Positions 17,641-24,901 of a stretch of DNA of 31,986 nt are shown here, piece after piece; the first letter of the stretch is position 1; each line of letters starts with the position of its first letter. The notes under the pieces are model-generated. The model ran no database searches, was not told where the DNA came from, and was given only the letters and a program-made list of their open reading frames with translations. Both the position numbers and the translations under genes were made by a program. Origin of the DNA: a virus (lineage: Duplodnaviria; Caudoviricetes); IMG/VR virus record IMGVR_UViG_3300033076_000815, positions 1 through 31,986 of that record. One strand, 5' to 3'.

Positions 17641-17830
17641 CGTGATCATCAAGGCGTGCGCGTGCGGAGGCGTCATCGCGGCGATCTCCGACAAACCCGA
17701 GGCCATCGAGCGCGCGGTGCGCGACCACCAAGCCAAGGCTGGCCACCTCATCTGGCGCGCGAACGGCGGCCTCGACCAGCTCGAGCGGAAGCTCGACGCC
17801 TACGAAGGGAGGCTAGTCCGCAACGTCTGA
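17627..17830 (+). CDS. Hypothetical protein (67 aa, CxC...H...H)
   Basis: Typical codon usage; fills the gap before an intergenic region. Confidence 0.65.
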   Translation: MPGSDVIIKACACGGVIAAISDKPEAIERAVRDHQAKAGHLIWRANGGLDQLERKLDAYEGRLVRNV

Positions 17831-17835
17831 TGCGA

Positions 17836-17933
17836 TACAATGGGGAAGCCGGTACAAGCGGTGACCACATGAGGCCCCGGGCTGTGCTTGTACCACAACC
17901 CGGGGCCGATCCTTTTGGAGGTACAAGCTCCCG
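17836..17933 (+). ncRNA. Candidate structured cis-regulatory or antisense RNA: three hairpins with complementary loops
   Basis: TACAAT at 17836-17841; GGTACAAGC at 17851-17859 and 17920-17928; the exact complement GCTTGTACC at 17886-17894 caps a long stem (17873-17907). Confidence 0.6.
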
Positions 17934-18182
17934 ATGCGAGTCCCCTTCTGGCCGTGCCGGAGTGCGGCAGAGTTCTTCACCGAGAGGAGCGACCTGCTCG
18001 ACGTTTCCGTCGTGAGGTCCAATGGAGGCTGGGACGTCGTTCTGCGGATCGACGGGACCTACACCTACGAGGAGGACGCCGTCGCCGCTGCCGATGGCAT
18101 GCGGGACATGGTCAAGATGATCCCCGACATCGCCTGGAAGACGTATGGCGCGTGGGGCAGATGGGGAAGGCGGGTCAAGTGA
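17934..18182 (+). CDS. Hypothetical protein translationally coupled to the replication initiator
   Basis: 82 aa; GGAGG at 17917-17921; its TGA overlaps the GTG of the next gene. Confidence 0.55.
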   Translation: MRVPFWPCRSAAEFFTERSDLLDVSVVRSNGGWDVVLRIDGTYTYEEDAVAAADGMRDMVKMIPDIAWKTYGAWGRWGRRVK

Positions 18183-18991
18183 CCGCACAGCCCGACCCGT
18201 ACGTCCGGGTCTACTACCGCATCACGGACGACCCGAAGTTCGCCGACGTCTACGACAACGACGCGGCGCTCGCCCTGTGGCTCCGGCTGCTGATCACCGC
18301 AGACGCGACGTGGCCGGCAGCCGCACCGCTGCCGCAGCTCGACCGGGACGCCCTGACCACCCTTGTCAACGCGGGCCTCGTCGACCTCGTCGGGGCGACC
18401 CGATACCGCATCCACGGCCTGGAGTCGGAGCGGTCGAAGAGGACGAACAAGGGCACGCAGATGGCCGCCGCCAGATGGTCCGGCAAGCATGATGCACAAG
18501 CATATGCACAAGCATCCGAGCCGGAATGCACAAGCATCACGCACAGCATTGCTGGGCCTCATGCTGGGCCATGCTCTCCGAGCAACTCCGAGCCGAGCCG
18601 AGCAACTCCGAGCAACTCCGAGCCGAGCATCTCCACTCCGGCGGACGCGCTCGACACCTACTACAGACTCACCGGGTCGTGGCCTTCGGCGAAGGTGGTC
18701 CCGTGGATCAACCAGATGGCCTCGAACCACGGGGAGGAGGCCGTGTCGAAGGCGCTCGCGGCGACGTGGATGGAAGACCCCGACCGGGCGACCCTCATGA
18801 GCCGATGTCGCGACCGCCTTGAGCGGGAGGCGCACGAGCGCGAGAAGGCGTACGAGCGCGCCGAGGCCAGGAGGGCGGAGCGCGACCAGAAGCAGATCGA
18901 GGAGATGCCGCTCGAGAAGCGCCGCGAGAACATGGCCCGCCTCCGCGAGTCCCTCGAGGAAGTAGGCCTCCTGCCGAGGACGGACGCATGA
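18179..18991 (+). CDS. Phage replication initiator (lambda O/replisome-organiser-like architecture)
   Basis: GTG 18179; YVRVYYRITDDPKF...ALALWLRLL N-terminal domain, GTQMAAARW, low-complexity linker encoded by repeats, helical C-terminal domain. Confidence 0.75.
   Translation: MTAQPDPYVRVYYRITDDPKFADVYDNDAALALWLRLLITADATWPAAAPLPQLDRDALTTLVNAGLVDLVGATRYRIHGLESERSKRTNKGTQMAAARWSGKHDAQAYAQASEPECTSITHSIAGPHAGPCSPSNSEPSRATPSNSEPSISTPADALDTYYRLTGSWPSAKVVPWINQMASNHGEEAVSKALAATWMEDPDRATLMSRCRDRLEREAHEREKAYERAEARRAERDQKQIEEMPLEKRRENMARLRESLEEVGLLPRTDA
18484..18630 (+). repeat. Iteron-like repeats, putative replication origin inside the initiator gene
   Basis: ATGCACAAGCAT at 18492, 18504 and 18526 plus partial copies at 18484 and 18539; TGCTGGGCC twice; CCGAGCAACT/CCGAG tandem array at 18578-18629. 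Confidence 0.75.
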
Positions 18992-19209
18992 GGTCCATCG
19001 GGGAGATCGTCGAGAGCCGCGTCGCCGAGGGCCGCGTCGACCCGACCGTCCTGTCGGTCTTCCGCACCATCCCGAAGAAGCTCATGTGGGCGATGGAGAG
19101 GAAGCACGCAGGCAGTCGCGATCACGTCTACGCCTGCCGCGAATGCTGGCTCGTCGCGAAGCAGTTCTACGAGACCATGCTCGCGATCCGCGAGAGGGAG
19201 GCGAAGTGA
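18988..19209 (+). CDS. Hypothetical protein (73 aa, H-x4-H-x3-CxxC)
   Basis: ATGA overlap; HAGSRDHVYACREC. Confidence 0.7.
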   Translation: MRSIGEIVESRVAEGRVDPTVLSVFRTIPKKLMWAMERKHAGSRDHVYACRECWLVAKQFYETMLAIREREAK

Positions 19210-19216
19210 CCGACGA
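19197..19216 (+). repeat. 20-bp direct repeat, copy 1 (GGAGGCGAAGTGACCGACGA)
   Basis: Identical to 19853-19872; contains an RBS and a GTGA start/stop overlap. Confidence 0.9.
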
Positions 19217-19865
19217 CCGCACCGCGCTCTACCGCTACTTCGACGCAGAGGGCCGGCTTCTCTATGTCGGCATCGCGTTCAACCCGATCGCCAGACAGTC
19301 CCAGCATCGCTCTGCCGCGGCCTGGTATGGCTCGCTCGATCGGATGTCTGCCGAGTGGTTCGCGACAAGACGCGAAGCGCTCGATGCAGAACGAAGGGCA
19401 ATCTCGTCCGAAGACCCTCTGCACAACATCAAGAGACCCTCCATTGCTCGACCAGTGAGGACGGCAGGGAGGCGGATGTACATCGAGCATCCCGCTATCG
19501 CACCGTCCCGAGTTTTCATCCGCACGCCTTTGTCGCGCGAGGCCAGGGACCTCTACGACCGCATCTGCTACGAGTGGTGGATTGGCGGCAACGGCGAGTG
19601 GTCGTTCGTCGAACAACGAAAAGCGATGACGTGGCTCGCGCAGATCGGGACGCCTACCTCTCGCAGCTCTCTAGAGCATTTGCTCAATGAGCTCTGGGGC
19701 GCGGAGATGACCTACGACAAGTGGAACGCCCACCTCATCTCTGGCTTTCGCATGCAGCACGACGGCGCTGACTTCCGAGTCGGAGTCCGGCTAAACGAAA
19801 GGGTCTGCAATCTCATGCGCGAGGCATGGACACCGAAGATGACCTTCGTGCAGGAGGCGAAGTGA
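19206..19865 (+). CDS. GIY-YIG nuclease domain protein
   Basis: ALYRYFDAEGRLLYVGIAFNPIARQSQH...EALDAERRAISSEDPLHN; more A/T-ending codons than its neighbours. Confidence 0.85.
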   Translation: MTDDRTALYRYFDAEGRLLYVGIAFNPIARQSQHRSAAAWYGSLDRMSAEWFATRREALDAERRAISSEDPLHNIKRPSIARPVRTAGRRMYIEHPAIAPSRVFIRTPLSREARDLYDRICYEWWIGGNGEWSFVEQRKAMTWLAQIGTPTSRSSLEHLLNELWGAEMTYDKWNAHLISGFRMQHDGADFRVGVRLNERVCNLMREAWTPKMTFVQEAK

Positions 19866-19872
19866 CCGACGA
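19853..19872 (+). repeat. 20-bp direct repeat, copy 2
   Basis: Identical to 19197-19216. Confidence 0.9.
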
Positions 19873-20206
19873 GAAGACCACCCGCGGCCGCCGCAGCCGC
19901 AACCGCGGGAACGCGTACGAGCGGGACGTCGCCCGCAGGCTCGGCGTCAGCCGGGTCGGGCAGTACGGCACGAAGGCCGACGTCGGCGACCGCGACGAGT
20001 GGATCGTGGCGCAGACGAAGGTCGGCGGCGCGTATCCCGAGCGCCTCGACGGATGGCTCCGTGCAATCCCGTCCTCCGACGGGCAGCTCCGCGCGCTCGT
20101 CCTCGGCGACGCTCCCGGTGCCGGCCACAGCCGCCGCGAGCTCATCGTCCTCGACTTCCGCGAGTTCCTCCTCTGGTACGGCCCGACCGCCGGAGGCGAG
20201 GAATGA
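19862..20206 (+). CDS. Holliday junction resolvase-like (Hjc-type PD-(D/E)xK) protein
   Basis: RSRNRGNAYERDVARRL...KADV...IVAQTK; about 114 aa. Confidence 0.7.
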   Translation: MTDEKTTRGRRSRNRGNAYERDVARRLGVSRVGQYGTKADVGDRDEWIVAQTKVGGAYPERLDGWLRAIPSSDGQLRALVLGDAPGAGHSRRELIVLDFREFLLWYGPTAGGEE

Positions 20207-20709
20207 TCCGCGAGGCTATCGTCCGCGACCACTTCGCTTCGCGGTACGTCCGCGCCAAGGTCGAGGTGAGGACGACGTTCGGACGCATCGACGTGCTTAC
20301 CGACGAGTTCGTTGTAGAGGTCGAGCCGTTCACGACGTGGAGGCATGGCGTGCGCCAGGCGCTCGCATACGCGCAGGAGACCGGCAAGAAGCCCGCAGTG
20401 GCCGTGTACGGCGACATCGACAGGCAATCCGGTGCGCGAATGTGGCGTGACTGTGCAGGGCTTGTGACGATCTTCATGCTCAACTACCGGACGTGGACGA
20501 GAGTTCGCAACCTCGAGCAGGCGATGTACCCGAAGGCTGCTCCGCCGTCCGACCTCGCACCGAAGGGGCCAAGGCAGCCGAACCGCATGCTCAAGCCGCG
20601 CGGGTACGAGCCGTCGGAAGAGGATCTGTTCCGAGTGAACCAGCGTGTCGGGGCGATCATTCAGGCAGTTCTTGCAGGGCAGTCGGCCAAGTTTGGGGCC
20701 GAGGAGTGA
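20203..20709 (+). CDS. PD-(D/E)xK-like nuclease-fold protein
   Basis: EVRTTFGRIDVLTDEFVVEVE...WRHGVRQALAYA; ATG 20203; atypical codon usage. Confidence 0.65.
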   Translation: MIREAIVRDHFASRYVRAKVEVRTTFGRIDVLTDEFVVEVEPFTTWRHGVRQALAYAQETGKKPAVAVYGDIDRQSGARMWRDCAGLVTIFMLNYRTWTRVRNLEQAMYPKAAPPSDLAPKGPRQPNRMLKPRGYEPSEEDLFRVNQRVGAIIQAVLAGQSAKFGAEE

Positions 20710-21206
20710 CGCCGCAGCAGTGGGCCTTGATGCTCCGGATGGCCGTCAAGAACAAGGGCATCTCGTGGGCCGAGCTCGCCCGCGAGACCCCGATCTCCTC
20801 GTCGTGCCTGATGAAGATGAAGCGCGGCGAACGCATCATCTCCCTCGAGGTGGCCGAGCGCCTGGCGAACGCCCTCGACATGCCAGCCCTCTCGCTCGGC
20901 GTCATCGAGATGCGGACGAAGACCTGCGTCGTCTGCAACGGCACCTTCGTGGATCGCGGGAAGAACCACTACGCCCGCACCTGTAGCGAGACCTGCCTCT
21001 CGACGCGACGGATGCGCGAGGCACGCCAGGTGACGCACGAGCGCCTCGGGCGGCAGCACCTCGTCATGAAGCGCCGCATCGAGAAGTACACCTTGTCCGT
21101 GCTGGCATTCTGTCGGGCATGCGAACCCGAGGGGATGTGCAGGACGCCGAAGTGCGAGCTCCGCACGGTGTCGCCGTTGCCTCTGAAGAAGGGCCTAGAG
21201 AGGTAG
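20706..21206 (+). CDS. XRE-type HTH protein with two Cys-rich regions (paralog B)
   Basis: GISWAELARETPISSS...GERIISLEVAERLANAL; CVVC...TCSETC; CRAC...MCRTPKCELRTVSPLP. Confidence 0.8.
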   Translation: MTPQQWALMLRMAVKNKGISWAELARETPISSSCLMKMKRGERIISLEVAERLANALDMPALSLGVIEMRTKTCVVCNGTFVDRGKNHYARTCSETCLSTRRMREARQVTHERLGRQHLVMKRRIEKYTLSVLAFCRACEPEGMCRTPKCELRTVSPLPLKKGLER

Positions 21207-21308
21207 TCCACCGGCGGGCCTACGCCGGACCGAGCCGGAGGGCCTACTGGCAGTGCCGAACGTCCGAAGGAGACTGGAAGCCCTGCGAGGGCCACGAGAG
21301 GAGCCACG

Positions 21309-21833
21309 ATGTCCGACCGCATGGGTCCGGGGGCCGTACCGGGTGAAGGGCGGCGAGCGCGTCTGGCGGGACCGCTGTCCCGTCTGCGACCGCCCCGGCG
21401 TCGCCACCCTCGACATGGTCTCCATGCTGCATCTGTAGCCCTCGCCCTGCTCCTCGCGATCCCCGCGGCACCCGCGGACGCTGGCCGGTGGAACGGCCCC
21501 ATCCGCCTCCCGTGGTACAACCAGGAGGGCCAGCCGCTCGGCTGCCCGGGTGCCGGCGCCTTCAAGCGGTGGAAGCGCGTCGTCGCGGTCCGACCGAGCG
21601 ACCCGCGCTTCAAGTGCGGCGACGTCATCGAGCTACGCTTCCACAACCAGACCGTCCGCGCGACCGTCGCCGACTCCTTCTCCGAGGCCGCGCCCGGCTG
21701 GGTCGTCTTCGACGCCGCCGCGATCCTCAACTGCCGCCTCCTACTCGCACCTTCCCGCAGGAACGCGAAGAGGCTCGGATATGTGGACGACTGTCGTACG
21801 CTAACCGGCGTGATGTGGAGGAAAGTCGGATGA
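21309..21833 (+). CDS. Exported RlpA/expansin-like double-psi beta-barrel protein
   Basis: GAGGAG RBS; hydrophobic VALALLLAIPAAPADA segment with an AxA site; WY...LGC...VAV...KCGDVIEL...TVRATVAD...FD pattern. The true start is uncertain. Confidence 0.55.
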   Translation: MSDRMGPGAVPGEGRRARLAGPLSRLRPPRRRHPRHGLHAASVALALLLAIPAAPADAGRWNGPIRLPWYNQEGQPLGCPGAGAFKRWKRVVAVRPSDPRFKCGDVIELRFHNQTVRATVADSFSEAAPGWVVFDAAAILNCRLLLAPSRRNAKRLGYVDDCRTLTGVMWRKVG

Positions 21834-22072
21834 CGATGCTCGAGCGCGCGCAGAAGATGCAGCGCGGCAGGCAGGGACCGAACTGCTCCGTCGGCACGAC
21901 GCTCGGCGGCCTGCAGCCGAAGTACCGCGCGGAGGTCGAGGAGGCGATGGCCGACCAGACCATCTTCTCGACGATCATCGAGCAGCTCCTCGAGGAAGAC
22001 GGCATCTCCGTCGGCGCGACCGCCATCCAGCGCCACCGCCGGGGGAAGTGCATGTGCGGCAAGGGCGCATGA
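21830..22072 (+). CDS. Small putative Zn-binding HTH-like protein
   Basis: ATG 21830; CSVG...AIQRHRRGKCMC; coupled to the phosphoesterase gene. Confidence 0.75.
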   Translation: MTMLERAQKMQRGRQGPNCSVGTTLGGLQPKYRAEVEEAMADQTIFSTIIEQLLEEDGISVGATAIQRHRRGKCMCGKGA

Positions 22073-23094
22073 CCTTCGACGAACGAGCCCGCGAGGAGCG
22101 CCGCGAGACCGACACCCGCGCCGCCCTCGACCGCGCGCTCCGGTCCCTCGAGAAGGCGAAGGCCACCCGCGAGGAGCTCGTCGCCGCCGTCTACTCCGCC
22201 GCCAAGGACGCCGCCGAGACGATCTCCGTCCCGCCCGTCCCGAAGCCGAAGGCGCACGACAAGAAGCGCCCGCCGGAGACCGCCGTCTGCATCCTCGCCG
22301 ACTGGCAGGTCGGCAAGACGACGCCCACCTACGACTCCGAGGTAGCCGCCGACCGCGTCCGCCTGTACGCCGAGAAGGTCGCCCGCCTCATCGCGCTGCA
22401 CCACGCGCCGGTGGACGAGGCCGTCGTGATGCTCCTCGGGGACCTCGTCGAGGGCGAGCTCATCTTCCCCGGCCAGAGCCACCGCATCGACGCAAGCCTG
22501 TACCGCCAGACCTTCCACGTCGCGCAGCTGCTCGCGGAGATCGTGCGCACCATCGCCGCGGCCGTGCCGGCGGTCCGCGTGGTCGGCGTCATCGGCAACC
22601 ACGGGGCCATCGGCGGCCCCGTCCGCCGCGAGAGCCACCCCGAGACCAACGCCGACGCGATGGCCTACAACGTCGCCCGCCTCCTCGTCGAGAAGGAACC
22701 GCGCATCGACTGGGAGGAGACCTTCGTCCGCCACGAGCGCGCGTGGTACCGCACGGTCGAGGTCCGCGGCCGCCAGTGGTGGCTCTTCCACGGCGACCAG
22801 ATCAAGGGCGGCGCGTTCGGCTACCCGTGGTACGGCCTCAACAAGCGCCTCCTCGGCTGGCAGACCAGCGTCGCCCCGTTCGACTACTCCGCGTCCGGCC
22901 ACTGGCACCAGCCGGTCCGCGTCCAGGTGAACACCGTCACCCACTGGGGCGCAGGCTCGACCGAGTCCTCGAACACCTTCGCGCAGGAGTACCTCGCGAG
23001 CGGAGGGCAGGAGCCGAGCCAGTGGCTCATCTTTCAGGGCGACGACGGCGTGACGGCCGAGTACCTCGTCCGGCTCGGTGGAGTCGCCGGGTAA
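22069..23094 (+). CDS. Calcineurin-like metallophosphoesterase
   Basis: ADWQVGK, LGDLVEG, GNHG, FHGD and SGHWH motifs; N-terminal coiled coil. Confidence 0.9.
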   Translation: MTFDERAREERRETDTRAALDRALRSLEKAKATREELVAAVYSAAKDAAETISVPPVPKPKAHDKKRPPETAVCILADWQVGKTTPTYDSEVAADRVRLYAEKVARLIALHHAPVDEAVVMLLGDLVEGELIFPGQSHRIDASLYRQTFHVAQLLAEIVRTIAAAVPAVRVVGVIGNHGAIGGPVRRESHPETNADAMAYNVARLLVEKEPRIDWEETFVRHERAWYRTVEVRGRQWWLFHGDQIKGGAFGYPWYGLNKRLLGWQTSVAPFDYSASGHWHQPVRVQVNTVTHWGAGSTESSNTFAQEYLASGGQEPSQWLIFQGDDGVTAEYLVRLGGVAG

Positions 23095-23123
23095 ACTGGT
23101 TCGGTGACCGTGAGCCTCGCCTG

Positions 23124-23408
23124 ATGTTCGACCCGGCCCTCGCCGCGCAGATCGGCATGGTCGCGGCTGCGTCCATCGTCGGCGCGGTCATCGGCGGACG
23201 CCGCGGTGGGGGGTATATCGCACGGCATGCGGACGAGCAGATGAAGAAGCTCATCGAGGCGCAGGCGATGCGCATCGAGCTCCTCGAGGTCGAGAACGCC
23301 CGCCTCCGCGAGAAGGTCCTCGTCCTCGAAGGCCAGGTCCGCGCCCTCCGCGACGAGCTCGACATCGAGAAGCGCATCACCGCCCGCCTCGACAAGGAGA
23401 AGCCCTGA
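23124..23408 (+). CDS. Membrane-anchored coiled-coil protein (lysis-associated)
   Basis: N-terminal TM segment AAQIGMVAAASIVGAVIGG then heptad repeats; TGATG-coupled to the peptidase gene. Start approximate. Confidence 0.7.
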   Translation: MFDPALAAQIGMVAAASIVGAVIGGRRGGGYIARHADEQMKKLIEAQAMRIELLEVENARLREKVLVLEGQVRALRDELDIEKRITARLDKEKP

Positions 23409-24169
23409 TGCCCATCTTCCGACGTCAGCTCGACGGCTCGCCCAACGCGGGCGACAACTGCGGCCCCGCGTCCGTGGCGATGGCCCTCCGGTGGGCCACG
23501 AAGCACGACGTCGCGCCCGACCCGCAGAGCGTCCGCGTCCGCATGCACGACATGGTCGGCGGCACGCAGATGAGCGAGCACCGGAAGGCGTGGGACGCCT
23601 ACCGCGACGAGTACGCGCGCGAGTGGAACATCCCGGCGATGGTGTACCGCCCGAACGGCGAGTTCACCGACCTCCTCACGATCCTCGAGGACGGCAAGGC
23701 CGCGACCATCGCCATCGACTACTCCGCCGTCCCGCGCAACCTCAAGGGCGACCCGCTCTTCAACGGCCTGCACTCGGTCTTCGTGGCCGGCATCCGCACC
23801 CGCGCCGAGATCGTCGAGATCAAGGTCTTCGACCCGCTCAACGACGGCCGCCGCCCCGGCATCCCGGGCCCCGGCCCCATCTGGTACCCGCGCGTCGTCC
23901 TCCGCAAGGCCGCCTCCGCGGTCATCGAGAACCCCGGTCACGCGATGTTCAACGTCGTCCGCAAGGGCACGCCCATCGAGGCCGTCGTGCCGGACCCCTG
24001 CCAGGTACTGAACGAGATGCTCGCCGCCCGCGTCGACCTCCTCGAGGAGACGCTCGGCCTCGTCCGCGGCAGCCTCATCGCCCACGGCGACGGCATCGCC
24101 GCGGCCCTCGCCGACATCGACGAGGTCCTCGACATCCCCGCCGACACCGGCCAGAAGGTGAACGGATGA
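23408..24169 (+). CDS. Peptidase C39-like (papain-fold) protein, putative endolysin
   Basis: Q...NCGPASVAMAL (Cys), GLHSVFV (His), VFDP (Asp); flanked by small membrane proteins. Confidence 0.75.
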   Translation: MPIFRRQLDGSPNAGDNCGPASVAMALRWATKHDVAPDPQSVRVRMHDMVGGTQMSEHRKAWDAYRDEYAREWNIPAMVYRPNGEFTDLLTILEDGKAATIAIDYSAVPRNLKGDPLFNGLHSVFVAGIRTRAEIVEIKVFDPLNDGRRPGIPGPGPIWYPRVVLRKAASAVIENPGHAMFNVVRKGTPIEAVVPDPCQVLNEMLAARVDLLEETLGLVRGSLIAHGDGIAAALADIDEVLDIPADTGQKVNG

Positions 24170-24327
24170 AGCCGCTCACGATGGCCCTCGCGCTGATCTC
24201 CGGCGCGCTCTGGGTCTGGCTCCTGCTCCCGCGTCGCCGCATCACCGAGCCGCTCATCGACGAGACCGACCGGATGGGCGACTATGGCGCGTACCCGGTG
24301 TCCCGCACCAACACCTACGTTCACTAG
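24166..24327 (+). CDS. Small single-TM membrane protein
   Basis: MKPLTMALALISGALWVWLLLPRRR; ATGA overlap. Confidence 0.65.
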   Translation: MKPLTMALALISGALWVWLLLPRRRITEPLIDETDRMGDYGAYPVSRTNTYVH

Positions 24328-24335
24328 GAGGACCG

Positions 24336-24578
24336 ATGAACTCCTTCGATAAGCGCCCCGTCGCCGCCGCGGCCGGAGTGCAGGCCGTCATCGTCGCCGC
24401 GGTCAACCTCGCCGCCTCGTTCGGCTGGGTGACGCTCACCGGCGACCAGCTCGCCAACCTCAACGGCTTCCTCGCCCTCGCCCTCCCGCTCGTCCTCGGC
24501 TTCCTCATCCGGAACAAGGTCATCCCGTCGATCTACGTCGAGGAGATCAAGGAGGAGGAGCAGGAGCCCGCGGCATGA
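24336..24578 (+). CDS. Holin-like protein (2 TM)
   Basis: 80 aa, two hydrophobic helices around FGWVTLTGDQLA, charged C-tail, AGGAGG RBS. Confidence 0.75.
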   Translation: MNSFDKRPVAAAAGVQAVIVAAVNLAASFGWVTLTGDQLANLNGFLALALPLVLGFLIRNKVIPSIYVEEIKEEEQEPAA

Positions 24579-24901
24579 CGACAGAGTTCATGCCCGGCCG
24601 CAACGGCGGCCAGCTGCGCCGCGGTGGCGGCAGCCTCGTCAAGACCGAGCGCGCGCAGGTCCGCAAGGCGCTCCTCGAGGGATCGATGGAAGCCGCGCAG
24701 GTCCTCCTTGAGAAGGCCCGCGGCGGCGACATGAAGGCCATCGAGCTCGTCCTGGCCTACGGCATCGGCAAGCCGACCGAGAAGGTCGAGGTCTCCGGCC
24801 CCGACGGCGGCCCGATGGAGATCGTGCAGATGCTCGACGACCACGAGAAGCGCGCCCTCCGCGACGCCATCCGAGCGCATCTCGCCACCGTCGAGGCGTG
24901 A
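24575..24901 (+). CDS. terS: Terminase small subunit
   Basis: 108 aa directly before terL; GDMKAIELVLAYGIGKP and KVEVSGPDGGPM motifs. Confidence 0.75.
   Translation: MTTEFMPGRNGGQLRRGGGSLVKTERAQVRKALLEGSMEAAQVLLEKARGGDMKAIELVLAYGIGKPTEKVEVSGPDGGPMEIVQMLDDHEKRALRDAIRAHLATVEA

Noticed and set aside
18484-18630. Repeats as a mini-CRISPR or DGR-type element
   Set aside because: The units are short, tandem and lack unique spacers. They lie in frame in the initiator linker, and no reverse transcriptase is present.
3146-20705. Upstream-extended starts in the ORF track (3146, 5576, 5776, 7154, 14442, 17888, 19086, 19999, 20493)
   Set aside because: The extensions overlap upstream genes or terminators. 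Coupled stop/start overlaps and RBSs support the shorter starts used in the feature list.
21119-21438. Possible small ORFs 21119..21346 and 21253/21343..21438 (CPVC)
   Set aside because: They overlap the better-supported 20706 and 21309 genes and lack clear starts. They cannot be resolved from sequence alone, though one may be real.
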